NCBI GenBank assembly: GCA_951406725.2
Contig: OX597823.1
Location: 69,874,001 to 69,938,000, forward strand
Direction of reading: 5' to 3'
DNA length: 64,000 bases
From: Octopus vulgaris
Lineage: Eukaryota
Below, piece after piece: positions 25,909 through 40,396 of this stretch (the stretch's first letter is position 1; the number at the start of each line of letters is the position of its first letter). Both the position numbers and the translations under genes were made by a program. The notes under the pieces are model-generated. The model had not been told where the DNA came from, made no database searches, and saw only the letters and a list, made by a program, of their open reading frames with translations.

Positions 25909-27271
25909 TGCTGTTGCTGCTGCTGTTGTTGTTAAGCAGCAAGACGGGTAAGGGTGATTAGGTGATGGTCTAGGGCTTAGGGGCGGGAGACCCAAGACCT
26001 TGGAAAAGGAAAAAACTTTAGTCACCTTGCTGTAGTCGAGGGCTCTTCGTTAACACCCATCACCACTGGGAGGTGGCCCTCGAAGTCGCTGGAAATGGAG
26101 ATCTCCAGGTCCGAATTCTTGGACGGCTGATAGCGCATTCTTAAATGGTTTTAATTACAAATATTGTTGGAGTTTGAAGTACAACCACCATGGTATTTCA
26201 TTTTCTGAATACTTTCTGATTTTGTTTCTTAACTCATGAATATTCTAATGATAGTTAATTACTCTTATTTGTCGTATTTTTGACATATACAGCATTTCTG
26301 AACCTTATTGTTAAGCCTTGTACTTCTATTGCTAGATAAAACACATGAACAATGACATTCCATACGTTTAGTCAGGCATAATATATCCAGGTCTACATTA
26401 GTCAATGTAGCCTCGCTTTTTCAATATGATAGGATGTGATTTGAGAAAAATGTTGGTTTCTATTACTAGCAGTTCAGGCTACGGCGAAACACGTCCACGT
26501 TGACTTCCGAAACTTGCAACTTTGTGTTCGTTAGTGTTTTTTTTTTTTAAGTCCATCGTTGTTGCAAGCATTGAGACAATATATCCCGGCTAGATGTAAA
26601 GTCGTAGCTTGGTGCACGTTCCTGCTGCATCAATCCTCTATTTACTCTTTCTTTCTAAATTTCCACTAGCAATAACTGAGGACAAGTAAAAAAAATGTCT
26701 TGCATGCTACCGTTCTTCCACTGAGGTTATCATGAAAAAAGTGCCAAAACCTTTCTGATTATGAATATATCGAGTAAAAGGGAAAATACAACGACCTATT
26801 CTTAATGTTTTGCTCTTGAACAGCTTGAGTTGAACATCGTTCCAGCCGTGACCATCCGTGTTCCGCTTCGAAATACCAAATTTAATGATTCATTTTGATT
26901 CGCTGGAACTTTCTACCGTTAACGAAAGAGGTGTAACGATATTAAAAGAATTATTTATAATGGCAATGGCCGCACATCTCTTTTAAATTTACAACAGCCA
27001 GACACATAAATTATTCTTTTTATTCCAATTATGGAAATTTTTCTACCCCAAGCGTTTTGTCCTTCGAAACAAAAAAAACTATGTTTACCTTATAACGCCT
27101 ATTGCTAATAATTTCTTAACGCTGCAAATACTATGTTTGTACAGAAAGATAATGACGAAATTAAAACCTGAACGAGCTCTAAGAATTATTTATGTTTGAA
27201 CAAAATTATTGCATGCAGGCAATTGTGACAGCTACCGTGTCAGTATTTGCAGAATTATTGACATTTGAAGT

Positions 27272-27339
<68 letters not shown>

Positions 27340-27639
27340 CAAATGTTCGTAAAAGATAATTAGATATGATGTCGATATAGAAAACACTGGTTGCAGTCTC
27401 ACAAGTAGCCTTCGAGCATTTTACATCCAAACATTTTCAACCTAATAAATTACATACTATTATTTATAGTTGTATCCACTTCGAGACTCTTAAAGTCAAT
27501 TGAATAATTGGGAACTTAAAGTCAATTGAATAATTGAAATTTTTCTATGAAACCATCCCGTACTTACAGCACTCAAATATAAAAAGAAATATGTGTGTGT
27601 GTGTGCGCGCGTGTGTGTGTGTGAATGCTCGGTATTAAA

Positions 27640-28260
27640 AGCATGACCATGTACAAATTTAATCCCTTTTTATTAAGGGTTTTATTTTTCAAGCTATCTC
27701 AGCCTCATCTTTAGGATATGGAATGGTTAGTCTCCCCTGTTGCTCTTTCCTCTTGAGCAGTTTTTGTTGATACAGATTTTGCCGCCAGTATTTATCTATT
27801 CTGTATATTTGTCTAATATTTCATTTGTGAAAAAGAATGTAAACCAATGACATTGTTATAGTTATGTGAGCATTCGCTATTTCCATGTAGATATAGGTAT
27901 TAGTTTGTGTTTTTTATGTAATCTGCTATAATCTATCTATTGTTTTTATTATGACTGTTTATGGGTAGTGTTTTAGTTAAAATTATTTTGGATGTTGAAA
28001 CCTGGTGCTAATTTGTTTTCTAGATCCTTCTTTTATTTCGCAATATCATCTGATATGTCCATCCATTACCACTGGTATATCGTTTGTGTAATAATATCTA
28101 GTGTATATTATGTTTGTGTAAAGATATTATTTCGTTTTCTATTATAGCGAGATGGTTTGTGGCAAACGTTGGTCCTTCGGAAGAGCACATTGCTATTCTA
28201 TCAGTTTTATGTATATAAATTGCTTTATGGACAGCAAAACTTATTTTCTGCTTTGTAGGT
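27640..28260 (-). mobile_element. Old Penelope-like RT remnant
   Basis: Minus-strand pieces IAMCSSEGPTFAT (GxAMGSxLGPxxA-like), ISDDIA, HPKI, YLHGNS; many disruptions. Confidence 0.5.
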
Positions 28261-28626
28261 TACTAGTCGTCGTCGTTTAACATGATCTTTATCATTAACC
28301 TCCTCATTGGTACAATTACCATCATCACCATCATCATCAACATTATCGTCCTCGTCATGATCATTGTTGATTATCTTTATTTTCTATACACCAATTTGAC
28401 TTCTGCTGTAGTACAAATTTCCATACAAATGTCACGATATTATATTTCCGACAATTCAATATCTCACTTTCTGACTCTGGTTTCCGTTTAAATAATTTAT
28501 TAGAGATTATCTTCGGTCTCAGAAATTTTGGAAATAATGGCAAAAATAGTTTTCAAAATGACCGAGTGATAATTTAAAAGTCAATATAATAAAGCTAACT
28601 CAGCTAGAAGAGAATTCATATACATT

Positions 28627-28671
<45 letters not shown>

Positions 28672-28748
28672 ATAGTAAATAGGGTAATAAAAATAAAATT
28701 ATTATTACCAGTGACCTAGCACAAAAGACGAATATAGTATAATGTATA

Positions 28749-28791
<43 letters not shown>

Positions 28792-28860
28792 TTGCATATA
28801 CATATATACATGTATACATATATATATATAAAGTTTATATATATATATATAATAAATATT

Positions 28861-29080
28861 AGGGAATGAATCCAAAATTACAGGGAAAAATCAGATTTAG
28901 GGTTAAATCCAATTTTATAGTAAAATATTATATAATATAATTCGAGACAAAACCACTATTTTAAAATCAAACAAGGAAAGACTTAATCAATACATAAAAT
29001 TTTAATATAAATTAAATAAACCGCCACTACAATTGTTTCCTGTCTGCTACCGACATTCTTCAGGTGGATTTTCGATCTAA
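28861..29080 (-). mobile_element. Second copy of the hammerhead-carrying (TA)n element
   Basis: Homologous to 24534-24700; hammerhead at 29024-29067: CCAC-CUGAAGA-AUGUC gguagca GACAG-GAAA-CAAUUG-UA-GUGG. Confidence 0.75.
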
Positions 29081-29332
29081 AAATATCAATATTTTAAAAT
29101 ATAATTTAAAATAATAAAATTATCAATGAAAGAATATAAAAATAAAAATATATAATCTATATATAATCTATATATAATCTATATATAATCAATATATAAT
29201 CTAAAATAATCTAAAATAAACCCTATAAACAATTGAATATAAAAAAACCTATTATTAAAGTTCTCATATTTAAAGATGTACAAAAACCAAAAAACAACAA
29301 GCAAAAAACAAAAAACAAACCACAAAATACGT

Positions 29333-29370
<38 letters not shown>

Positions 29371-29372
29371 AC

Positions 29373-29413
<41 letters not shown>

Positions 29414-29600
29414 GTAGACATACATATATATATATATGTATATAAAGTATATATATATATATGATTATATATAAAGTATATATATATATGAATATAAATA
29501 AAGTATATATATATATATGAATATATATATGTGTGTGTGTGTGTATAAAGTATATATATATGTGAATATATATAAAGTATATATATATATATGAAGTGTA

Positions 29601-29644
<44 letters not shown>

Positions 29645-29839
29645 TATAAAATACACTGGTTTTATTTTGAGATTCTAAATGCCAACAATACTCGCAAATA
29701 GAATACAGACTGGAGTCGTAGTGCTCCATATTCCGCTTAATAATCTGAAAGGAGGCAGTACAAGCAGAGACTAGAGGAACATAATTAATGACCACACTCA
29801 AAATCAAATATATACATATATTCTTCTACATTTATAAAA

Positions 29840-30960
29840 CGGATACAAAAAGTAGGAGTCGGAGCAAGAGAGGAGAGGTGGGTAGGAGTAAGTAGGTGTG
29901 AGAAGGAGAGAGCTGAGGGGAGGGGGTTAGATGAAGAAGCTAGGAGAGATCAGTCCATGTGGGACAAAGGAGCGAAGAGAGAAGATTAATCCCTGTTCAC
30001 GGCGCAAACGGGAATCCGGATGTCCCATGTGCAAGGACAATCCGAATACGGACAGGTGTTGCAAAGCGTGACCGGTAGAGCGGAAATGGCGCGAGACCGG
30101 GGTGTCATTGCCGAATCGGACGTCTCGGAGTGTTGCGCGAAACGGTCAGCCAAGCGGCGTCGCGTTTGCCCGATGTATAGAGAAAGGCAGAGAGAGCTGG
30201 AGATGCAGTAGATGACATTGGTAGAAGTGCAGGTGAAGGAGTCTTGGTGAGGAGGATGGCATTGGAGAGGTTAGGGCAAGTGCGGCAGTGTGGGTGGGAG
30301 CAGGGGAACGAGCCGGGTTGGGAGGTTGGGTTAGGGAAGAAACTGTGAACCAAGCAGTCTCGTAGGTTGTGGGCTCGTTTGAAGGAGGAGACTGGTCGGT
30401 TAGGGAAGATGTGCGAAGTGGAAGGGTCGGACTGGAGTCACCGGAAGGCTCGGACTATGGTGCATAGGAGAGGTAGGGTATTGGGGTGGTAGGTGAGGGG
30501 AATCGGGAGACGGGAGACGACGGAGCGGGGAGATTAGATGCACGATCCACGGAACGTGCTCTGGAAAGGGAGGTGTGGATAGTGGTGTGGGGATATCCAC
30601 GTAGGATGAAGAAGCAAGCCATGAGTTGAGACCGAGTCTCAGTCATGGTCGTCACTACAGAGCCTGCGTAGACGGAGGAATTGAGAATAGGGGACGGAAA
30701 CCTTGGTGAGTTTAGAGTGCGAAGAGGAGAAATTGAAGTATGAGTGTGTGAGCCTGTGTATTTCTAGTGGATAGAAGTGGTGAGAGTGGAGTGATGAATG
30801 CCGACCAAAATGTCAAAAAAAGAGGTAGAGGTGTCAGAGATAGTGCAGGAGAGGTGGAGGGCAGGATGGAAAGATTTGACAAAAGAGAGGAAGGAATCTA
30901 GATGTTCGCGCGAGAGTAAGGTTGCACCGATACAGTCGTCAACATAACGGCCGTATAGTT
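29840..30960 (-). mobile_element. Penelope-like element (Neptune-type): RT C-terminus, Cys linker and GIY-YIG, frameshifted
   Basis: YGRYVDDCIG, RGYP, PCSHPHCRTC linker, FTCTSTNVIYCISS..LYIGQTRRRLADRFAQH. Confidence 0.9.
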
Positions 30961-30996
30961 CACATATGTATTTATATATGTATATATATGTATATC

Positions 30997-31210
30997 AGAT
31001 CGCCATGTTGATTCGCTAGCCTCTGCACGCATTTTTTTTCTCTCCTTGTTTCTTTCTGTGTTTCTTTTCTGTGTATCTTTCTGTTGAAGAGCGTAGGCTC
31101 GAAACGTAAAAGACTTGTTTTATTTATATTCCTGAGCGCCATACTAATACAATTGTTTGTTTGTATTCCACCTGCCTTCGTCTTTTGTTTATTTTCATAA
31201 AGCTTCCCGT
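30997..31210 (+). mobile_element. Probable inverted pseudo-LTR next to the Penelope-like element, with a minimal hammerhead-like motif at 31076-31113
   Basis: UCUUU-CUGUUGA-A-GAGC guag GCUC-GAAA-C-GUA-AAAGA; orientation opposite to the ORF, as expected for an inverted 5' pLTR. Confidence 0.55.
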
Positions 31211-31550
31211 TATATATGTGTGTGTGTGTATATATATGTTTATATATATATGTATATATATGTATATATATATGTGTATATATATGTATATATATATATA
31301 TGTATATATATTTGTGTATATATAAGTATATATATATGTATGTATATATATATATATTTATATATATGTGTATATATATGTATATATATATGTATGTATA
31401 TATATATATATTTATATATATATGTGTATATATCTGAAACTATTTTTATATGTGTATATATAAATATGTATATAAAATTATATATATATATAAGTATATA
31501 TATATATAAATACATGTATGTATATATGTGTGTGTATATTTGTATGCGTG
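31211..31550. repeat. (TA)/(TG) microsatellite
   Basis: Direct reading. Confidence 0.95.
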
Positions 31551-32089
31551 TATGTGCTCCGTATGTACGTAGTAATTTTCTTTGCAAAGAAATATATAAT
31601 GATTGTTGTCAACTTCATTGAAAGAAGTTTTGAACCGATATTATGATATAAACCGAATATTATGATATTTCCTAAATCTTATTGTTATATTTGTTTATAG
31701 GAAAGAGAATAATTTAGGCATGAATATTATAAGACGTAGAAATATGATGCCATCATCATAATCGTCATCATCATCATCAACGTCATCGTCGTCACAATCC
31801 TCATAATTATCATCATCATAATTGTCATCATTATTCTTGCCATCGTCGTAGTCGCCTTAGACAACATCATCGCCATAACTGTCATCAAATGCTAGAGGAA
31901 GAATATGGCATAAAAGATACGCGCCTTAAATAATGATGATGAAGAAGAGGAGAAAGCGGTGAAAGAGAGGGAGAATGAGAGAAGTGGAGAATAAAAATGA
32001 TGCTAATAATTTCAATGATGACGGTGAAGGTTGTGATTCTAACGAATATTGTGATGACGCTGATGATGATGACGACGCCGACAATGTTG

Positions 32090-32423
32090 ATACAATAAGT
32101 ACCAGTTGAGTACTGGGATCAATGTAATCGATTTGGCTCATCTCCCGAAATTGCTGGCCGTGTGCCAAAATTGGAAACTATTTATTATTATTATTATCAT
32201 TGTTGTTGTTGTTGTTGTTGTTGTTAAGGCGGCGAGCTGGCAGAAGTGCTCAAATTCGGCCAAGGTGGACTTTGCCTTTCCCTCTTTTAGGAGTCGATGA
32301 AATAAGTACCTGTTGAATCCTGGGGTTGATGTAATCGACTCCGCCGAAAAAATTTCTGGCCTTGTGCCTATAGTAAAAAGTAGTAGTAGTAGTAGTAGTA
32401 GTAGTAGCAGCAGCAACAGCAGC

Positions 32424-32475
<52 letters not shown>

Positions 32476-32690
32476 TGCGATGAGCTGGCAGAAGAGTTAG
32501 AACGCAGGATAAAATGTTTAGTGGCATTTCGTCCATCTTTACGATCTGAGTTCAAATTCCCCCGACAGCGACTTTACCTTTCTTCCTTCGTGGTCGATAA
32601 AATAGGCACCAGTTGAACACTGGGGTCGATGTAATTCACTAGTCCCTCCTTTAAAATTTCAGGCCTTGTGCCTAAAGTGGAAAGTATTAT
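32090..32690 (+). mobile_element. Cluster of SINE family A copies separated by (ATT/GTT/AGT)n tails
   Basis: Three partial copies with ggcggcgagctggcagaa-type heads and ggccttgtgcc-type tails. Confidence 0.8.
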
Positions 32691-32751
32691 CAATATTATA
32701 AAACAGAGAGACAGACAGACAGAGAAAGAATTTGTCATGCACATATATGCT

Positions 32752-32872
32752 ATAGATAGATAGATAGATAGATAGATAGGTAGGTAGGTAGGTAGGTAGG
32801 TAGGTAGGTAGGTAGGTAGGTAGGTAGGTAAGTATGTATGTAGGTCGGTAGCTAGCTAGCTAGCTAGCTAGC

Positions 32873-32935
<63 letters not shown>

Positions 32936-32940
32936 GTAGA
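32752..32940. repeat. (GATA)n/(GGTA)n/(GCTA)n microsatellite
   Basis: Direct reading. Confidence 0.95.
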
Positions 32941-34146
32941 TATGTTTCTTTATTAGCCACACAGGGCTGCACACAGATAGAACAAATTACAAGGTAGAGC
33001 TTTTCTTTTGAAGGTTTAAGAAAGAAAAAAAAAAAAAAAAAAAAAAAAAGGAAGGGGGAGTTTCGATCAAAAGGGATCGTAAAAGGAGAGAAAGAGGACA
33101 AAAAAAGGGGGGTTTAAAAAAAGGGGGGAGGAAAAAAATTGATCAATAGGGATCGTTATCACAGAAATGTCAATATGAAGTGTAAAGGGGAGGACAGGTG
33201 AGGTTTACCCGTGCAAAGAAAAGCCTACGGAAAAGACCACGGTAACCTCGGTCAATGATGTCACATTTTATATTTCTTTTTTTTTTTTTTGCAAATAAGC
33301 AACTCTCTGTTTTCGATTTCTGGGTTCATAGGACTATGCTCAAGGTGGCTTCGTCATTCATACGTGCCATTCTTGCTACATTCACCCATCTTTTTTTAAA
33401 ACATTCGCTAGACAAAACTTGCCTCTCTACTCTCACTTTCCTTTTCAAGTGGTACTTGAAGAAGTTGATGAGAGATTGACCAGAGAGGAAAGTGTTTGTC
33501 TCCAATCCTTTCAGACGCGTCCACCAGATACATTCCTTCGCCATAGCCACAAGGATGATGAAAATAGCTCTTCCTTCCCGTTTGAAGGAAGGAGGCGTGA
33601 CAATATTGACGATAGACTCAGCTGATAAACCGACTCGTCCCACACGTGACAGCAGTTGTTCGACATAAGCCCACAGGTCGGAAATTGTTGGACACTGAAC
33701 GAGTGCGTGCAGAACGGTTTCGTCGCTCTGACCGCATCTCGGGCAGGTCGGCCCCGTGTTTCTCGAGCCGTGTCTGTAGAGCTTATCCCGAACGGGTAGC
33801 GCTTCTCGGTAGCACTGCCAGGCCAGGGATCTCTGGAAGTTGTCCATGGGCCCTGGCCCGAAAGTCGTCCTGAACAGGCGGGTCAGGTACTCCTCGTCGA
33901 CGTCCAGGTTCGCCCCGAGCTCGTCGTCGTACCTCCCCTCCACTAAACCCCTATAGAATGCGTTGGTTGTGTTGAAGTCACTTAAGGTCGACCCAGGACT
34001 GCAGAGTTGCTTGAGAGCAACGCGACACTCGCGGTGCCATTCGCCCTTCCTCGGCCTCTTTTTGATCCACGACTGCAGTTCGGTCATGGAGACGAGCTGC
34101 GGGAAAGCGTGCCTCACAAACGGCGACCACACCTGTTCACCGTCGG
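32941..34146 (-). mobile_element. Tx1-clade LINE, 5'-truncated, inserted in (GATA)n
   Basis: Uninterrupted ORF2 C-terminus, then a 3' UTR ending in AATAAAGAAAC running straight into (TATC)n; the 5' junction also abuts (GATA)n. Confidence 0.85.
33326..34146 (-). CDS. Tx1/L1-type ORF2 C-terminal fragment (zf-RVT/CCHC)
   Basis: [16 protein letters not shown]...[21 protein letters not shown]; frame open up to the truncation point, so it has no genuine start codon. Confidence 0.85.
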
Positions 34147-34317
<171 letters not shown>

Positions 34318-35479
34318 CATCAGGAGTGAATGCATTTGTAGAAAACTATGTCTGTCCTTATCGTATACGCATTAATGTTTAAGGTGACTCTATATACTGA
34401 TACCTGTAAACTGATAATTATGTATGAATCTGTATAGATGGGGAAACCTACAAACGTACTTATATATCATATATACGTCTTTATAAATCAACTTTATATA
34501 TGAATATATGTTTTGTGTTTTGTACGTGTGTGTGTTTATATATATATATATATTTATACATATATATAGATATACATATATATATATATATATATATTTA
34601 AGTATGTATTTATGTATGTATGTATGTATGTATACATATATATACATATATATATATATATATACATATATATACACACATATATATATACATATATACA
34701 CACACACATATATATACATATATATACACACATTTTATATAAATATATATATATATACATATATATATACATATATATATACATATACATATATATACAT
34801 ATATATACATATATATATATATATATACATATATACATATACATATAAATATATGCGTATTCATATATATATATATATATATATATACCTATATATAGAT
34901 ACATGTTTGGGTGTGTGTATGTGTGTACATATACATTTCTCATTATTTCAGTCTATCGCAATTTTTTTTTTAATTTTTCATATTTAGGTTCCCTATAGAA
35001 TTGCTATTCAAATGTTCAGGCAGTAAATTTGTATGCTGGTAATATTTTCTATTTTCTCCGTAATCATTCTAATGCACTCTAAGATATGTGACACGAATAT
35101 ATATTTCTTAACGCTCTTATTACGAATACTATAATTTGTCGCTTTTCTAAAATATTTATTTTCCTAGATTGTCAATTTTTCAGCAATCAACTTGTATTAT
35201 AGTTAACATGACTCTTAAAGCCACTTATGTTATTTAAACTTTAAACTGTTGTTTTGCTTTCGTTGTTGTTATCATCGTGGCTATCGTAGTTGTCGTCGAA
35301 GTCTTCGTCGAGTATTCCCTAATCACTAGTCACATTACAGAATCGATATTGTAATTTGGCTGCCTGAACACTTAGAAACCATCTTTAATTTCTGCACTTT
35401 CAGTTCTGTATTGATTACTGCCATGCAAATATGTATCTTGTTTTAAGATGGTGATTCAGGAGAATTCTTAGTGTCTGTG

Positions 35480-36065
35480 AAAATGTATTGCGGTACTTGT
35501 TCCAGTTCAAATCTTCTGCAACTCAACTTTGCTTTTCGTACTTTCCAAGTCGGATAAAATAAAATAACCGTCAAATAACCGATATTAATCAACAAGCCTT
35601 TTCAACCAAAATTTCTGACCTAACATCAATTATTATTTAGAGTAGTAAGGCGACGAGCTCGAAGAATTGTTACCACTTCGTACAAAATACCAAGTACATT
35701 TTACCAATACATTTAATTCTTCAAATACTACCGAGGTCAACTTTGCTTTTAATCCTTGCAAGGTTCAAATACAAGGGTCGATTTAATCGACTAAAACCCT
35801 CCCCTAACATTGATGGGCTTGTGCCATAATTTTAAACCATTATTTACCGTAAATTGGTAGAATCGTTAGGGCTTCGGTTACAATGCCTTATAGTATCTGT
35901 ACCGTTATAGTATTTTCATTATGAGTTCAAACCCCGCTGAGGTACACTTTATCTTTCAGACTTTCGGGGTCGATAAAATAAAGTACTGGTGAAACAGTGA
36001 GGCCGATTTAATCAATTAACGCCCCCTCCAGAAAAATCCTGGTTTTGTACCTAAACTTGAAACAA
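35480..36065 (+). mobile_element. Old diverged SINE family A copies
   Basis: Three decayed cores, e.g. ctttcggggtcgataaaataaagtac. Confidence 0.6.
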
Positions 36066-36454
36066 TTATCATTCAGTATTTGTCATGTGCGGATTCGTTG
36101 TTATATGTTTATATGCAAAAACACATTCATAAATATACACACGTAGTATAACCCTTCTTGCAGCAATATACTTGCATACTTTTATAAGTATTTAAATACT
36201 TACAGTCAATAATATATATTCATACAAACAGTCATACATATATCTTAAGATATTTTCCTCAACCTTTTTACAGACCTATTGTTTTGTCTCCTCGTCTTTA
36301 TGTCCATCATTTTCAGGCACAAACCAGTACGCTAATTATTTATATTTATATTATGGTATTTATTTTTCGAAGACTTCATATTGTGTTCATTTCTTTCCTT
36401 CCAACATCATTGGTCTTCTGGAGTCCCCTCTCTCGTCGTTCCCTGTTTCAGTTT

Positions 36455-36765
36455 GAGAAAAACCCCTTCGGTCAAGAATGAATATGTGGTTGGACCTAGA
36501 AAGTTTCCCTCCGAGGAACAAGTCCGAGCAACGTTGTTTATGGAAGATCAGCAGTCACCCACGCTATCGATGTTATCCAAGGGAGAGGCCAATACGGCTT
36601 GGTACCAGTTACATAACAACTCATTTCTACAGCTGAGTGAACTGGAGCAACGTGAAATAAAATATCTTGCTCAAGAACACAACACATATCCCGGTCCGGG
36701 AATCGAACTCACTACCTCATGATTGTGAGCCCAACGCTCTAACCACTGAGCCATGCGCCTTCACA
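36455..36765 (-). mobile_element. SINE family D
   Basis: Homologous to 22673-22997; TSD tgtttcagttt on both sides. Confidence 0.85.
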
Positions 36766-36807
36766 TTGTTTCAGTTTAAACAAAACATTAATGCTATCAG
36801 TTTCACC

Positions 36808-37043
36808 AAGGCGTTGAGCTGGCAGAAACGTTAGCACGCCGGGCGATATGCGTAACCGTATTTTGTCTGCCGTTACGTTCTGAGTTCAAATTCCGCCGAG
36901 GTCGACTTTGCCTTTCATCCTTTCGGGGTCGATTAAATAAGTACCAGTTACGCACTGGGATCGATATAACCGACATAATCCGTTTATCTGTCCTTGTTTG
37001 TTCCCTCTGTGTTTAGCCCCTTGTGGGTAGTAAAGAAATAGGC
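36808..37043 (+). mobile_element. Young SINE family A monomer with Tx1-like tail
   Basis: TSD atcagtttcacc at 36796-36807 and 37044-37055. Confidence 0.92.
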
Positions 37044-39051
37044 ATCAGTTTCACCGGTCTCACAGAACCTGCAAAGGTCACGGGCACTACCTCCTTCCAC
37101 CACACCCAACAAGAAAACAATATTGGCAGACGCAGGCATTTCTGCGGATTTAAGAAATTCCCTTTTTTTAAAATCATATGGCTATGTTATTTTTTTTAAC
37201 ACCGCCAATGAAGTTATGTTTTTGCCGGCGTTGGTTTGGGAAATTGGGCGAATTTCAGCATGCGTGTATATGGGTGGAAATGAGCTACTTGGCGGAGGTC
37301 TGCGCTCTCCGATTGCTTTTCTAGTTTGACAAGTGAAAAGTTTACAGATTTTTGTAATCATTTACTAAAAACCTTGAAATTCCCGTACTCAGTAGAAACG
37401 AATATGGTATTAGTTACATCAGTCCTAATTTTGGAATTCAACTCGGATTTTGCAGCTATCTGTATTCTACGGTAAATTTATTTGAGTATTATTTTCATAA
37501 TAGTTAGTAGAATTTCATGGCCTTGTTCAATATATTATTCATATTATTGTTACGTCTTTTAGGTAACATAAAACTTATTTTCTGATATACTTGAAGTTCA
37601 ATTAGATGCTACCTATGATAGTTTAATATAAGATGAACCGCGGTATAAAGCTCATATAACTGAATCAGTGCTGGGGGTGCATTTCTCAAAACAAACTAAA
37701 CTGAGCCGACTAATCAGTGATCTAAAGCTAAATCATATAGCAGCTCCCCTGTGCTTTCCGCAATACCATACACCTGCTTTCATTTATCATGCAGAGCTTC
37801 TGACATTTACAACTACAGGCTGTATTTATCTATTATATATATTTACAGTTAAGTGTACTAAGCCAGCTAGTGTTAAACATTTTGACCTTGCAAACAGCTC
37901 TCTGTTAGCCATAGATTCTGAATCATGGACGTTTCAAACAAAACAATATAGTTTACACTATCGATTTAGCAAGCTGTAACACTTATGAATTGTTTATAGA
38001 AGAGAACTGATTTAGCAAGTTGGTAATTAGCCAAGCTTAATTGAAGACAACTTAGAGATGATGAAAGGATGGCAATGTTGTGTAAGAAAATTATTTAAAA
38101 ATAAAAAAAACAACTACATAACAATACTATAATGAATATAAAATGACTATGGTTCACAATGTTACTAAGAATCAGGTTTCATGTAATGATTTCCAAAGCA
38201 AATATATTAACGAAGGAACAAACATTGAGACAAGTGTTTTTGATCGAGGCCAAATCTGAAAACAGGGTAAATAACATAATGAACTCGAGTAAAGTAAATC
38301 ATTACACATTCGACAAGCGTCGAGATTATATTGTCTATTCATTAATTAATTTACTTCTTTATTTCATTATTAATCTATTAGGGTTTTTTTTTTCTTTGTA
38401 ACCTCTCGTGGAACTGAAATCACCAAGGAGTGGGTTTTGCTCCGAACAGACCTGATAAGTGAGTTAATAAATTTGGAAAACATATGAATAACTCACCCTT
38501 CTCGTTTTCAGTTCATTCCATGTAAATGCAAATGGATGACTGAATGAACGGCTTGCATATTAAATATTTATAATAACGAGGGAGAGACAGAGGCATTCGA
38601 AGTAGTGTATATATGTATGTATTTATGTACGTGTATGTGTGTCTCTATGTATGTATGTATGTATGTATGTATGTATGTATGAATATGTATACGGATATAG
38701 CTATACATACATATATCATTTTGTTGTGTAGGCACCGATACCTTTAGCACCGGGCAAAGATTCCATGGACCAATTTATAGCATATCATTTTTAGAGAATC
38801 TTTTATAGGCTCTTAAAATCTGGGTTGGGAGACGTTTTGAGTATGTAGTCGATTGCATTGAGAATAAAACGTTCGGCTTTCTTTTTATTATATATACACA
38901 AACTCACAAACATGTATAGGCATATATTTATGCATACATAAAGTGTGTGTGTGTGAATGTGTGCATGTGTGTACGTGTGTATTGTTTGTTTTATGTCGAG
39001 TTATAAAAACAACTTTAAACTGGAGGAATATATATACATATATATTTATAA

Positions 39052-39126
<75 letters not shown>

Positions 39127-39144
39127 TATATATACACACATATA

Positions 39145-39216
<72 letters not shown>

Positions 39217-39224
39217 AGGAAAAC

Positions 39225-39525
39225 TTGGACAAGATAGAAAATGCTAAAATAATTTTATCATGAAGAACAATCTAGCACCGGTTTCAGTCTTTGCGATTTT
39301 TTCAACTCAGAGTATATCATGAAAGACCATTAAATTGTGGAAAACTTAAATGAAATGATACTAAATCTCTGAACGAGGTATAGACAGTAACTGCACGACA
39401 GTGTGAGGTATATTTGCCATCTCAATATGGCTAACCACTAAGGGTGGATGTTACTGTAGCTTGTAGCCCCAGAACATCTCTTCCAGCTGGCTATAGGCAC
39501 ACTTTCTGTGTCCTATCGGTATTTG
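39225..39525 (-). mobile_element. (TA)n-adjacent short element with a degenerate hammerhead-like motif (~39270-39312)
   Basis: Minus strand ctctgag-TTGAAAA...GAAA-CCGG-tg-ctaga: topology only, core decayed. Confidence 0.35.
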
Positions 39526-39576
39526 CAAATGAAATGGGTTTTTTTAATATTTCCATAGTTTTCAAATAAGTGGACA

Positions 39577-39641
<65 letters not shown>

Positions 39642-39994
39642 TTTACTTTTGTGATGGCTTGGTAGGTAGGTAGGTAGGTAGGTAGGTAGGTAGGTAGTAG
39701 CAGATTTGAAGAAATCTTTAATATGAGTGATGTTGGTTCTGCATTTTGATTGTTTGAGTAACAGTAGCCGAGGAAGGAGGCGGCGAAGAAGGAGTAGACG
39801 AAGAGAAAGAAGGAAAATACGGGTGTGGTATATATGTGTGAGGGGGTGTAAAACAAAACTAAGAATGGATAAAATCATATTTTTAAATGGTGATTCCACC
39901 ATACCCATACAATGATGGCGGAGGCATTGTATGTATTTATGTATTTATGTATGTATGTATTATGTATGCATGTATGTGTGTGTATGTATTATTT

Positions 39995-40195
39995 TATTCT
40001 TTTATATTTCAGTCATTTGACTGCGGCCATGCTGGAGCACCGTCTTTAACCGAGCAAATCGACCCAGGATTTATTCTTTGTAAGCCTAGTCGTAATCTAT
40101 CAGGGGATTTTGCCGAACCGCTACGTTACGGGGACGTAAACGCACCAACATCGGTTGTCAAGCAATGTTGGGTTGGGAACAAAAACAGGCACACA

Positions 40196-40240
<45 letters not shown>

Positions 40241-40396
40241 CGGGCTTCTTTCAGTTTCCGTCTACAAAATCCCCTCACAAGGCTTTGGTAGGCCCGAGGC
40301 CATTGTAGAAGACACTTGCCCAAAGTGTCATGCAGTGGGACTGAACCCGGAACCACGTGGTTAGTAAGCAAGCTACTTACCAAATATCCACTCCTG
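39995..40396 (-). mobile_element. SINE family B
   Basis: Homologous to the other family B copies. Confidence 0.88.

Noticed and set aside
37668-37979. 103 aa ORF in non-repetitive DNA
   Set aside because: GTG start, no recognisable domain or splice structure; cannot support as coding.
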